Shown: piece after piece, positions 9,530 through 19,133 of the stretch | Numbering within the stretch: position 1 is the stretch's first letter | How the letters are laid out: every line of letters begins with the position of its first letter | Source of the DNA: a virus | Taxonomy: Duplodnaviria; Caudoviricetes | Reading direction: 5' to 3' (one strand) | DNA: 64,000 nt | IMG/VR virus record: IMGVR_UViG_3300010352_001202 | The notes under the pieces: model-generated | Told to the model about the DNA's origin: nothing | Database searches by the model: none | What the model saw: the letters and a program-made list of their open reading frames with translations, nothing else | Translations under genes and position numbers: made by a program

Positions 9530-9787
9530 ATGAACGAAGAAGTTATTGTCCCTGCATGGGACCCGATTGCCTACCTCAGCGGCCTGCACACCAGGCAGAT
9601 CATGAATCTACGGGATGACTGCCACAAGTTTCAGCACGATGCGGTCGACTTGTTGGAATATGCTCCCTACCACACCATTACGCTGGACCAAATCCGTGAG
9701 GTGTTGGCAACGCGAGAGCACATTCCCAACAAGGCTGAAGCAAAAGTAATCCGCCAGCAGAAAGCAAAGGCGAAGCGCAACCGCTAA
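9530..9787 (+). CDS. hypothetical protein
   Basis: LATREHIPNK motif; ORF in gene run. Confidence 0.65.
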   Translation: MNEEVIVPAWDPIAYLSGLHTRQIMNLRDDCHKFQHDAVDLLEYAPYHTITLDQIREVLATREHIPNKAEAKVIRQQKAKAKRNR

Positions 9788-9825
9788 CCTGTTGCTGTTG
9801 CTGCCTGTCTACACTAAAATACAGC

Positions 9826-10152
9826 ATGACCACAGTACCTCCAAAATACGATTCAAGCTGGTATCCTATTCCAGCAGGATATAAACAGTGTCCTGTCTGT
9901 GAAGGCACCGGTGTTGTTCCGCTTGACGAGAAGGAACTTACCTATAGCTGGAACAAGGGAGCCACTCACCGGGCATGCTGCAACTGTGGTGGCCAGACAA
10001 TGAGTGGCCGTGCGCTGGGCTACACGAAGATCGACCCAGGGACAGATCTTGGGTGCAAACACACATTCGTCGGTAGAAATGCGGGCCGGTGTTACACAAT
10101 CTACACCTGCACCAAGTGCGGCACGCATTACGACATCGACAGCGGAGATTGA
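9826..10152 (+). CDS. DnaJ-like CxxCxGxG zinc-finger protein
   Basis: CPVCEGTG, CCNCGG, C-terminal CTKCG..DIDSGD. Confidence 0.65.
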   Translation: MTTVPPKYDSSWYPIPAGYKQCPVCEGTGVVPLDEKELTYSWNKGATHRACCNCGGQTMSGRALGYTKIDPGTDLGCKHTFVGRNAGRCYTIYTCTKCGTHYDIDSGD

Positions 10153-11023
10153 TTTGACAACACAAGAAATCACAAAACCCGTTTGTTACATCAAGTGGGA
10201 CGATAACGGCGGCCGGTATTCAATACCGGAGGCAGAAGTGGATGCGTTCACTTACGCGGTTGAATCTATCCAAAATGCCGAATGGGATTCTAACGAACGA
10301 GATCTGCTCATTGACGATTTAGAGCAACGCTTCGGGCACTATAGAAAGAACTGAAATGAAGATGCAACCCGGTGATTACCAAATCTACGGCGTGGGTTCG
10401 GACTATATTTGGGTGGTTTCTGGCCTTCTAACCTACAGTATGGAATGGCCAGACAGAATCGTCAATCGCGGGAAAACCTACAAGTTCGGTTCAAACGAGC
10501 CAATGGACGAGTGGATGATTGGCGTCTGGGGCGGCCATGCAAAGTACATCGAGGTGAAAGAATGAAAGATCGTGATCTGGTTGTCTCTGTTGTCAAGATC
10601 ATTCAACTGCGGGTCGAGTGGATAGGTGTTGATGGTAGGGTACAAGGATACAACAAGAAGTTTCAGAAGCCTGGTATCGCTGCCGACCATTGGGCGCGCG
10701 ATAAGATTCGACGGTGGGAAGATAAGACATTCAGCCAACCCGGTGCTGGACCTGCCTATCACACCATGTCTGCGGCTGATCACAAAGAAAGCCGACGCCG
10801 TTTCGAGATTCTGAAGCGCCGTGCTACCCGTGTGTTCAAACGGATGATCGCCTAATAAATAGTTGACAGCAGGCGCTTGCCCTGCTACAATATACACAAC
10901 AAGGAGATACCGTGGAAAAACTTCAAGTCGTCTTGCTTCAAATGTTCGGCGCAGTGATCTGCAACCCCGAATGGTGGTTTGTCCAGTACGCACCGGTCTT
11001 CCTGTCAGCCTTCCACTAACAAC

Positions 11024-11098
11024 CTGGCGTTAGTATAACGGACAATACAGCGGCCTTCTAAGCCGTCAATAGAGGTTCGATTCCTCTACGCCGGACCA
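11024..11098 (+). tRNA. tRNA-Arg(TCT)
   Basis: Acceptor CTGGCGT/ACGCCGG, loop CTTCTAA, GGTTCGATTCC T arm, encoded CCA. Confidence 0.93.
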
Positions 11099-11135
11099 TA
11101 CGAATAGAGATAAGTAATCTAACCGAGGAGGTTAG

Positions 11136-11480
11136 ATGAAATATCAGTGCAGGACATGCTCGACAACAGGCGAAGAAAACTTTTATAAGACCGCAAGGTA
11201 TCAATGCAAGGCTTGCTGGAATAAAAGAACAGCACAAACAGGCAAGGATAAGATAAAAGATATCAAACTGGAATACGGTGGAAAATGTTCCAGGTGTGGG
11301 TATAATACTTGTTTAGATGCTTTAGAGTTTCACCATACCGATCCATCGATTAAGGAGTTCCACTTAGGCGAACGACGCGGACTTAGGATTGATACCTTGC
11401 GCGCTGAACTAAACAAGTGTATACTTGTATGTAGGAACTGCCATACTGAACTTCATTTTGAAATGAAAGACAAGGACTAA
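11136..11480 (+). CDS. HNH endonuclease
   Basis: GGKCSRCGY..C..ALEFHH...KCILVCRNCH..LH. Confidence 0.88.
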   Translation: MKYQCRTCSTTGEENFYKTARYQCKACWNKRTAQTGKDKIKDIKLEYGGKCSRCGYNTCLDALEFHHTDPSIKEFHLGERRGLRIDTLRAELNKCILVCRNCHTELHFEMKDKD

Positions 11481-11482
11481 AA

Positions 11483-11704
11483 ATGTTACTCAAGCGTCAA
11501 GAAATCATTGAGTTCGATCCTGCCAAGAAAGCACATCGGGCTGCTGTTCATGCTTTCATGAGGCGCGGCGCGTGGTCGGATTCCCCGCTGCGGTTTGCCT
11601 ACGATCCTTCCTTCGGCAGTGTTGCCGACCAGGTCCGTGCCAAGTTGCTTGATTGGTATGTATCGCGAGAAACCAAGCTACCCACACCGGAGAAACAAAC
11701 ATGA
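11483..11704 (+). CDS. hypothetical protein
   Basis: SD AAGGA; FDP....HR motif. Confidence 0.65.
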   Translation: MLLKRQEIIEFDPAKKAHRAAVHAFMRRGAWSDSPLRFAYDPSFGSVADQVRAKLLDWYVSRETKLPTPEKQT

Positions 11705-11869
11705 CCTTTCTGATCGGCCTTGTCATTTCAATCCTTGCTGCCTTCATTGGCTGGCTGGGCGTGCAGCGTACCGGCAACTACGAAAACGGCTGGGGCGCAT
11801 TGCTCCTCTGGTCGATCCCGGTGTACCTGGTTGTCGCTGGCCTACTCTTCATGCTCCTATAAGAACACA

Positions 11870-11887
11870 GGGCCCTTAGCTCATGGT
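11870..11887 (+). pseudogene. 5' fragment of a tRNA (Ile2-like)
   Basis: GGGCCCTTAGCTCATGGT just upstream of intact CAT tRNA. Confidence 0.5.
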
Positions 11888-11894
11888 GTGATAA

Positions 11895-11971
11895 GTGCCG
11901 GTAGCTCAGTCGGTTAGAGCGTCGACCTCATAAGTCGCGGGTCGTGGGTTCGAGCCCCACCCGGCGCACCA
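11895..11971 (+). tRNA. tRNA with CAT anticodon (probably Ile2, otherwise elongator Met)
   Basis: GTGCCGG/CCGGCGC acceptor, loop CTCATAA, GGTTCGAGCC, CCA; paired 1-72 so not initiator; C4:G69 and C5:G68. Confidence 0.9.
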
Positions 11972-12617
11972 TATCATATTCTTTTACCTTTGCCACAAGT
12001 TCTTCGTAGGTAATAGAGCTTTTGGTATGTTTTTTGGCATTCTCGCTGAAAAGCATAAGTTCACAGTTCAACGGATGTTTTATGTAATATGGATCATACC
12101 CATTTATGATAGCTTCGTTGACACTCACCCTGTGATCTCTTGTCACACCACCTGGATTATCTTTACTCCTCATTCCGTGTTTCCGAATAAGAGTTCCATC
12201 AAAAAGATCTGGATAATCCGATAAAGTGAATGTAAACCAAAATTTGGCGCGCCCCTCGTGACTATATAGTGTTTCGTGATTTTCGCATATTTTCTTTGCA
12301 GTCCGATCTCTCCAAGAATATCCACAATGTTTACAGACACATTTATATAGAGTGGAAAATGGTGCCTTAGGTGATTTTGGTTTAGGTACCGGTCCAGTTC
12401 TTATCTTTGAATAATCTTTCTTCGCATTCGTGTGCTTTGCACTGCAAGATCTGGAACAATAGAAATTGTGTTGTTTCCCCCATTCTATTTTTATACCACA
12501 TCCACAACAGAATTTCGGATTAGCAGCATATTCGGCCATTCGTCTCTGGCGCATAACTTCTCCACCGAGTTTACCATTTTCCTTACTGGCATTGTTTGAC
12601 CATTTGCGTTGCGACAT
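11928..12617 (-). CDS. putative HNH/Zn-finger homing endonuclease
   Basis: C..C, YCSRSC, RDH...HPLNC..M...N..K; TAAATA just before ATG 12617. Confidence 0.75.
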   Translation of the reverse strand: MSQRKWSNNASKENGKLGGEVMRQRRMAEYAANPKFCCGCGIKIEWGKQHNFYCSRSCSAKHTNAKKDYSKIRTGPVPKPKSPKAPFSTLYKCVCKHCGYSWRDRTAKKICENHETLYSHEGRAKFWFTFTLSDYPDLFDGTLIRKHGMRSKDNPGGVTRDHRVSVNEAIINGYDPYYIKHPLNCELMLFSENAKKHTKSSITYEELVAKVKEYDMVRRVGLEPTTRDL

Positions 12618-12677
12618 GCTATATTTAGTTCGTAACGGTGTCGGCCTATTGTAATCCCGAACCAAACGAAAGACACT

Positions 12678-13061
12678 ATGAACCACGACGACTACATGGC
12701 ACTCAAGCGCGGTAAGCTCACGCCCATGCGCGGCTTGCAGAGCATCATTACCGAGGTTGGTGCTGGCGTGTATGCCTACATGGTTATGCTTTCTAATGCG
12801 GGACGCGACCAGGAAGCAGGTTTCTACGGCGATATTCGTGAGCGTGCATTCAGGATTCGTAGCGAGGTCTACGACAATCCTGTGCAGGAAAATCTTGACA
12901 AGTGTTCGGCTGATATGATGTGTATCTATCGCGACTTGAATACTGCCTACATCTTCCTGCAAGCACACAAGCCCGATGAGGCTTGTCTCCTGCAATCGGT
13001 TACCAATACTGCTTGCGAGCTGGAGTATGACATCAAACACTTCCTGGATGCTGCAACATGA
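12678..13061 (+). CDS. hypothetical protein
   Basis: ORF in coupled run. Confidence 0.65.
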   Translation: MNHDDYMALKRGKLTPMRGLQSIITEVGAGVYAYMVMLSNAGRDQEAGFYGDIRERAFRIRSEVYDNPVQENLDKCSADMMCIYRDLNTAYIFLQAHKPDEACLLQSVTNTACELEYDIKHFLDAAT

Positions 13062-13628
13062 TCCACTTCGATTTCATTGTATCCGATGTTGAAGCAGAAG
13101 ACATTATGGGTGCAATTCATGATCAAATCATCAAATGCCATTCGGATCGAATCGAAGCGTGGGGGACCAGCGGGCACGAAGATCCTGCCAAGAAGGAATG
13201 GTTTACTGCCCGCGTCAAGTACCTCGAAGAGCTGAAGGCAAAAATGACAAATCGGAGGGTTAATGAAGGTTGATAAGAAAGATGCCAAAGTCGGTGATTG
13301 GAGAGTCGACATCATCGAATCCGAACGCGGGTGGGGTAGCAAGGTAGACGATAGCGTTTACTTCACTGATCGGACTGAAGCTGCTGCCTGGGTGAAAGAA
13401 TACAACGACAAGTTCAATCCGCCCGTGCCAGCGCCGGATTGGTACATGATGGCAGTGGCACCTGTTCAAGTCAGGTAAAGGTGGGTGGCGGATGCGAAAG
13501 TGAAGGCCGCCTACGGACAGTGGATACATCAGTGTGTGGGCTAGACCAGCTGGCGAATCCGCCGTGCTCTGTATCGTGACTGTCACTAATCCTTTGACAT
13601 CTATATCCTGTTGTTGCATAGTAGAGCT

Positions 13629-14150
13629 ATGCGACACCTACTCCTATCTTTAGCTTTGATTCCTGCTGTTGTTACCCCTGCAGAAATCACCATGTGTTAC
13701 CGCGACAAGGCTGCTGAATATAGGCAAACTCAGGAAAAATGCTTGGCCACGATGATCTACGGCGAAGCTCGAGGGGAGGCGTTTACGGGCAAGGTGGCAG
13801 TTGCCTACACTGCGCTGAATCGTGCTGTAAACCGGCCTTTATGCGATGTAATCCTGCAGCCTAAGCAGTACAGCATCTTTAATGGCAGCGCAGAGTGGCA
13901 TGCTGCTGCAACAGACCCACTTGTGGAGCCTGCACAAGAAAACAAAGCCGATGAAGAAGGATGGCAAGATTCGTTGCGTGCGGCCAAGTTGGTTATGGCA
14001 GGCGAAGTTAGTGACCCATCTAATGGTTCCACTCATTATATTTCTGATCGCGTAATGAAACTAAAGAAATATAAGTATCCGAAATGGTCGCGAACATATG
14101 TGCAGGTTGCTAAAATAGGAGAGCATAGATTCTTCAAACAAAATATATAG
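13629..14150 (+). CDS. SleB-like cell wall hydrolase (Hydrolase_2)
   Basis: CLA..IYGEARGE, VA....LNR, QPKQYS, IGEHRFF; signal peptide. Confidence 0.9.
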   Translation: MRHLLLSLALIPAVVTPAEITMCYRDKAAEYRQTQEKCLATMIYGEARGEAFTGKVAVAYTALNRAVNRPLCDVILQPKQYSIFNGSAEWHAAATDPLVEPAQENKADEEGWQDSLRAAKLVMAGEVSDPSNGSTHYISDRVMKLKKYKYPKWSRTYVQVAKIGEHRFFKQNI

Positions 14151-14152
14151 AT

Positions 14153-14812
14153 ATGGATTACAATCATCATTATACCAGACTAATAGAAAGAGCAAAAACA
14201 CGGACTCCAGATCCTGCTATTCATTATGAAAAACACCATATTATTCCGCGGTGTCTCAATGGTACAAATGATAAATCAAATCTAGTGAAACTAACACCCG
14301 AAGAGCACTATGTTGCACATCAACTATTGGTAAAAATATTTCCAGGAAATCGCGGATTAGTTCATGCTGCCACCATGTTATGTGTCGATGGTTCGGGTCA
14401 TAGATCAAATAATAAAATCTACGGATGGCTTAGAAAACTCGATGCTGAAACAAAAAGTAAATCGCAAAGGGGTAGAAAACTAGGACCAAATAAAAAGAAA
14501 GGCCGACCTGGTCATCCTTCGACCTTAAAGGGAACAAAACGAGGCCATCCATGGAACTACGGATTAAAAACAGGACCGAACGGTAAGGCCGGAATAAGTA
14601 CAGGACCAAATAAAAAGAAGGGTCGGCCCGGTGCTGCCTCTGCAAGGAAGGGAAAGAAATATGGTCATAATGCTAAACTCGGAAAACCAGATGGTCCACA
14701 AGAAAAGATTATATGCCCGTACTGTGGTAAGGAAGGCGGAAAAGGCGGAATGAAAAGATATCATTTTGTTAACTGTGAGTTCTACAAGCCTATTGACATC
14801 ACAACGGTGTAA
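14153..14812 (+). CDS. HNH homing endonuclease (MobE-like N-terminus)
   Basis: Y..LIERAK, EKHHIIPRC..G...SNLV.LT.EEH..AH.LL; repeated GPNKKKGRPG tail. Confidence 0.9.
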   Translation: MDYNHHYTRLIERAKTRTPDPAIHYEKHHIIPRCLNGTNDKSNLVKLTPEEHYVAHQLLVKIFPGNRGLVHAATMLCVDGSGHRSNNKIYGWLRKLDAETKSKSQRGRKLGPNKKKGRPGHPSTLKGTKRGHPWNYGLKTGPNGKAGISTGPNKKKGRPGAASARKGKKYGHNAKLGKPDGPQEKIICPYCGKEGGKGGMKRYHFVNCEFYKPIDITTV

Positions 14813-14903
14813 TCGTATACTAGCTACGCCGTGTGAAGGACAGTGCGAGCGGAGGCAATATCAATAAGACCTCCCCCGTTCTTGTCTCGGTAAATAGACG
14901 ACT

Positions 14904-15186
14904 GCCCCGATGGTGAAATCAGGTAGACACAAGGGACTTAGACAAATTTGAGTGCCTGGTTGGAAACAATCAGAGTAGAACCCGTCAAATTCGGTGAACG
15001 CTGTAAAATGCCAATACCGAGCCAAGCCCAAAAGGGAAGGTGTAGAGACTAGACGGCGGGAACCTAAAGCGAAAGCTATGGTTAAGGTATAGTCCAGACC
15101 ACAAACAGAAATGGTAACGAAAGTTATAGTGGTAAGAAAATCCCTCGGCTTCGGCCATGCCGGTTCGATTCCGGCTCGGGGCACCA
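14904..15186 (+). tRNA. trnL: tRNA-Leu(TAA), intron-containing (exons 14904-14939 and 15137-15186)
   Basis: GCCCCGA/TCGGGGC acceptor, AGGGA/TCCCT anticodon stem, spliced loop CTTAAAA, long variable arm, CCA. Confidence 0.92.
14940..15136 (+). ncRNA. group I (IC3) self-splicing intron, 197 nt
   Basis: P AAATTCGGTGAA, Q ACCGAGCCAAG, R GTGTAGAGACTAGACGG, S AAGGTATAGTCC; P1 U.G at splice site; terminal G. Confidence 0.92.
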
Positions 15187-15200
15187 AGGATACTGGAAAT

Positions 15201-15440
15201 ATGGCTAGCATGCAGATTGATGTTCCTGCTGAAGTGTATGGTAGGTGTGATTGGTTTGTTCCGCCGCGCATTGCAGCATGGCTGAAAGAACAATCTCTTG
15301 CGTATCATTTTACCGGAACTACTTCGTATGGTTCGGGTCAAGGATTGAAAGGGCACTATACGGTTGATCTCTCCAATCCAGACGATGCGACTGCATTCAA
15401 AATTCAGTTTCCGGATTGCAAGGTACATTATTTTGAATAG
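15201..15440 (+). CDS. hypothetical protein (xxLKL family)
   Basis: DDATAFKIQFP. Confidence 0.6.
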   Translation: MASMQIDVPAEVYGRCDWFVPPRIAAWLKEQSLAYHFTGTTSYGSGQGLKGHYTVDLSNPDDATAFKIQFPDCKVHYFE

Positions 15441-16471
15441 GTAATCATGAATAATATCTGCTATGAGGAAATGAAGGCACTGTACTTCCAGTGGCTCCGT
15501 AGACCCGTCGGTACCGAATCTGATTTCTTCGAATTGCACGGATGGACCCGTGACGGATTCTTTGCCACAGGCAGAGCGTTGGAAGAGAATGTCTAAATCC
15601 AAATCAAGACCGCAAAGAATAAAAATGGCTGTTGGCGTAAAAGTCAAGAGCCTTCATCCTTCTGGCGAGGAAGGTGTGGTTGTTGCTGTGTCTCCACATA
15701 ATCCTAGAAACCCGATCAGCGAGCATGGCATGATTGAGTTCAAGGTTACCGGTCCTTGCAATAGCACTTACCTGAAAGTTGGCGACGATGAACATTATGT
15801 TGAGTACGAATGGGAAAAACATTTGAAGGTGATAGGATGATACTAGATAAAGAAATCACAGAAGAGTTGTTCTATGACTTTTCTGTGTGGATGTGGAAAT
15901 GTGACCTCAATGTAACAAGAGATGACATTGAGGATTTCTTCCGTGAGAACGGAATCACGCGCCATGAAGCTGTAACCTCTGCCAATCATCACGGCATTGT
16001 TATTTCTGTTGTCACATTCGAAAACGATAGATCTTCTGGATGGGCTAGGTTCTGGAAGTGGATCTGGAAGTGAGCACACCACCTGTCCTGGATGAGACTT
16101 CATTCAAGTCAACCTACATTGCAACTTTTCTTGCGTCTTACATGGCTGGGCGTTATAATGATGACTGTATGAACGGACATCCGGGCAAACCGTACGAAAA
16201 TCAGCCGATCGAAGATGCTGTTTTCAATGCCGAGTGTGCGTGGGATTCTTACAGAAAGATATACAATGTTTGATTGGATTAAGAAACTATTCGGTCACGG
16301 CCATATCTATGCAGACTTTGTGTGCGAAGACGGAACCATAGGTCATAGTAAGGCACCCTATATCGGCGACACAGATACCTTTGATCTCGATAAATATTCC
16401 GAGCATCTGAAGGCTGAGATTTAGCACAACCATGGTAAGCGTGTTACAACTATTTCGAATGTGAGACTTGT

Positions 16472-16861
16472 ATGAAAATGTACATCCCCGAAATCAGTGA
16501 CGAGATTCGCCTCCTATCCGATTGGACATTTGGTCTTGTCAACGAAACTCGCAATGCGACACTGATGGAGAAGATTGGTGACAACCGCAGTACACAGTAT
16601 GCCTACAGGGATCCGTATACTACCGTTCCCTGCACTATTCCGGCCGGTGCCGTATTGAAGATTGATCGCATCTATGTTCGCAAAGGCAAGGGCGATTTCA
16701 GTTCCATTACTTTCCTGTGGAAAGGTGAAAGTATAGATCCCAGGGTGGTACAGCGTGATCCACAATACTGGGGCGAAACCATAGTCAAGATTCCACGCAA
16801 GCCCGTCCGCTTTTGGGCCAAGCTGGATGATGTGAACAATATAGAGTTCGAAAGAGCGTGA
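16472..16861 (+). CDS. conserved phage hypothetical protein
   Basis: IDRIYVRKG...RFW.KL.D.N. Confidence 0.7.
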   Translation: MKMYIPEISDEIRLLSDWTFGLVNETRNATLMEKIGDNRSTQYAYRDPYTTVPCTIPAGAVLKIDRIYVRKGKGDFSSITFLWKGESIDPRVVQRDPQYWGETIVKIPRKPVRFWAKLDDVNNIEFERA

Positions 16862-17086
16862 CTGAAGACGATACCTTCCGCATCCTTGCACGACCTTCCT
16901 ATGAGGAAATGATAGGTCTACACCGGGAATGGCAAATCGGGTGGCGCAGAACTCATTCCAATAGCAGTACATATCCCTCAACACAGAATATTGTATTTGC
17001 AGAGCACTATGGATGGACGTGGCTGGAGTACCAAAAACAAATACAATACCATAGACTGCATCCATAGGCACTGTTATACTAACCCC

Positions 17087-17530
17087 ATGGGCCAATATAT
17101 CAGACATGCTGTAGTACCAATGGAAGAGATCGTTGAAAAGATCTTATTCTTTTGGGGTGCGCCGCGCCGTACCAAAGCTCTGTTATCAACTGGCCACGAG
17201 GTCGGCGTTGTCAGCCTCCGTATGCGGACATTTGGTAGGGCCGCATCAAGCAAGTCGGGTATCCACTGCAAAGCATGTGGGCTAAAGGCAACGCATTTTG
17301 CAATCGAAGGATTTACCGGCAGCCAGATTCCTTCTGTGCATGCTAATCTGTACGGCATGAAGCACAATGTGGAAGTGCTATTCACACAAGATCATGTCCT
17401 TCCTGTATCGCGCGGTGGTAAGGATAGCCTGAATAACTCACAGGTAATGTGCCAACCCTGCAACAGCAGAAAGGGTTCGCGCAGCGATAGGAAGTTCAAG
17501 GCCGAAATGCGAGGAGAAAAGAAATGCTGA
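17087..17530 (+). CDS. HNH endonuclease
   Basis: CKACG...DHVLPVSRGG...NSQVMCQPCNSRKG; leaderless start. Confidence 0.85.
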   Translation: MGQYIRHAVVPMEEIVEKILFFWGAPRRTKALLSTGHEVGVVSLRMRTFGRAASSKSGIHCKACGLKATHFAIEGFTGSQIPSVHANLYGMKHNVEVLFTQDHVLPVSRGGKDSLNNSQVMCQPCNSRKGSRSDRKFKAEMRGEKKC

Positions 17531-17782
17531 TGACAAAATACAAGTTCCTTACATTGCACGACGAGCGTGGCAATCATCTCGTTGTGACTCGGTTGGAGGA
17601 CGGTGCGCAAAAGTATTTCTTCCTCGCCGGAGAAGATAGGACGCAAGGCCTTACCGAATTTATGAAATCAATGACGGACGAGTTGATCGAGGGCTACTTC
17701 CCGAAGCCAGGAAAGCGTGGTGGCAGTCCGGTTGACAATTGGGCCTTTCTCGGGCATAATCCCGGGAGACAGCTCGCAGAGC

Positions 17783-18208
17783 AGCGGGGAAGGTGCTACC
17801 CAATCTCCCGAAAGCAGACAAAAGATTTCCGAGGGTGTAAGAAAATATTATCAAAATAGAACAGAAGATCAGAGACAAACCAATAGACAAAATAGATCAA
17901 AATCTGCAAAATTAGCAAATAGACAAAGAACTATAACAGACGAAGAAAGATTAGCAGCATCTATTCGTGCTAAAAAACAACGACGAGAAGAAGACGAATC
18001 ACAAAGACAAGCAAGAATAGATAAGCAAAAGAAGTCGAGAAAAGAAAGAACACAGGAACAAAAAGAAGAAACCAATAGGAAAAGAGCAGAATCGTTTCTA
18101 AAAAAGACACCCGAACAGATAGCAGAGACTAATAGAAAAAGAAACGAATCGCATAGGCTGAGACGGCTAAGAATAGCGGGAACAACTGATGATGGTACAC
18201 CGCAATAA
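17783..18208 (+). pseudogene. orphan basic DNA-binding tail of a GIY-YIG-type endonuclease
   Basis: Begins at GEG...SPESRQKIS, the junction seen in the intact GIY-YIG genes here; no nuclease domain or plausible start. Confidence 0.5.
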
Positions 18209-18319
18209 AAGTACCGAAACGGGCGGATTGTAGAGAGTAGAAGAGCTTTCCAATCCGCAAGGAAGATCGACTCCAGTGGGATGGGCACTGTCGATTCTCT
18301 TCCTTGTGGCCCGTATTGT
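18176..18319 (+). ncRNA. type I hammerhead ribozyme
   Basis: Stem I ACAA/TTGT, CTGATGA 18186-92, stem II GGTAC/GTACC, GAAA, stem III CGGGC/GCCCG, GUA cleavage triplet 18313-15; loop II CCGC can pair with upstream GCGG. Confidence 0.75.
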
Positions 18320-18768
18320 GCTGGCTGATTAAGATCCTTGAGGATCTGAAGGTCACCAAGCCCTCTGGAGGGTGGGTACCGGATATGGACCCCGATAGAT
18401 ACTTCCATGGCATTAGAGTATAGTAAAAATAGAGTGAAGTAAAAATAAAGTGTGAAAGAAATCAATCTAACCCGAGTCGTCGGCCTGAGGAGATATATCC
18501 AAAGTACGCTAACTTTTCTAGATAGGGCCTAAAAACCCGGCCACTTTCATCGTGCAGGCGTGGGCGCCACAAGGTGAAATGCACTTATATTTTAATTTTA
18601 GATTATAAATTGTGAATGAGTCTCGGAGAACACTGGAGAAAAGGTAGCGAGAGCTACTGAGTACATTGAAGGTGCTGAGGCGGAGAGTGTCGCTGGAAAC
18701 GGTGATATCAATAAGTTCTATTGGAGCCTACCAAGTCTAGCACGGCTAGCGGGTGGGCTTTTCTCTTT
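18316..18768 (+). ncRNA. large structured non-coding RNA candidate
   Basis: No convincing ORF; many helices, GAGA/GAAA tetraloops, G.U pairs on + strand, intrinsic terminator 18725-18768. Confidence 0.6.
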
Positions 18769-18815
18769 GTCCAAACTCTATTTGACATTGCTGCTGCCCG
18801 CGCTATAATAAGCAC

Positions 18816-19133
18816 ATGGGACACAGAACAATAGTCATCTTCAACAACGACATTACCGATCAATGGGGCGAAGACCCGGAGCTTGGTAAGAAGATTCAGC
18901 GAGCATCGCCACATGCAATGGGTGGCAAGATGGCTGACTTCGGGACTGGTCGTGTAGTAGAATGCTGCCATGCAGATCAACAAACGCTGGCGGTGATTGA
19001 TAGCACCAGTATGTTTCCGATTGTGCATTCTAGCTGGCACCGCGATCAAACCTGGCAGACACGCGATCTGGGACTGCTGAGATTGGCAGCCGAGAAAATG
19101 GGTTACAGACTTGTAAAGAAAGCAACAAAATGA
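18816..19133 (+). CDS. hypothetical protein
   Basis: Leaderless behind TTGACA/TATAAT. Confidence 0.7.
   Translation: MGHRTIVIFNNDITDQWGEDPELGKKIQRASPHAMGGKMADFGTGRVVECCHADQQTLAVIDSTSMFPIVHSSWHRDQTWQTRDLGLLRLAAEKMGYRLVKKATK

Noticed and set aside
12618-13040. N-terminal extension of ORF 11928-13040
   Set aside because: Overlaps + strand gene 12678-13061; the TAAATA promoter indicates a start at 12617
14861-15647. Minus-strand ORFs over the tRNA-Leu/intron as an intron-encoded protein
   Set aside because: Antisense to structured RNA, no nuclease motifs; the intron is too small for an ORF
18325-18353. Second hammerhead (CTGATTA-stem-GAAG) that could circularise the large RNA
   Set aside because: Lacks G8 and A15.1 and has no stem III/UH site
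18316-18768. RNase P RNA or group II intron
   Set aside because: No GAGGAAAGUC P4 signature and no domain V AGC triad hairpin found by eye
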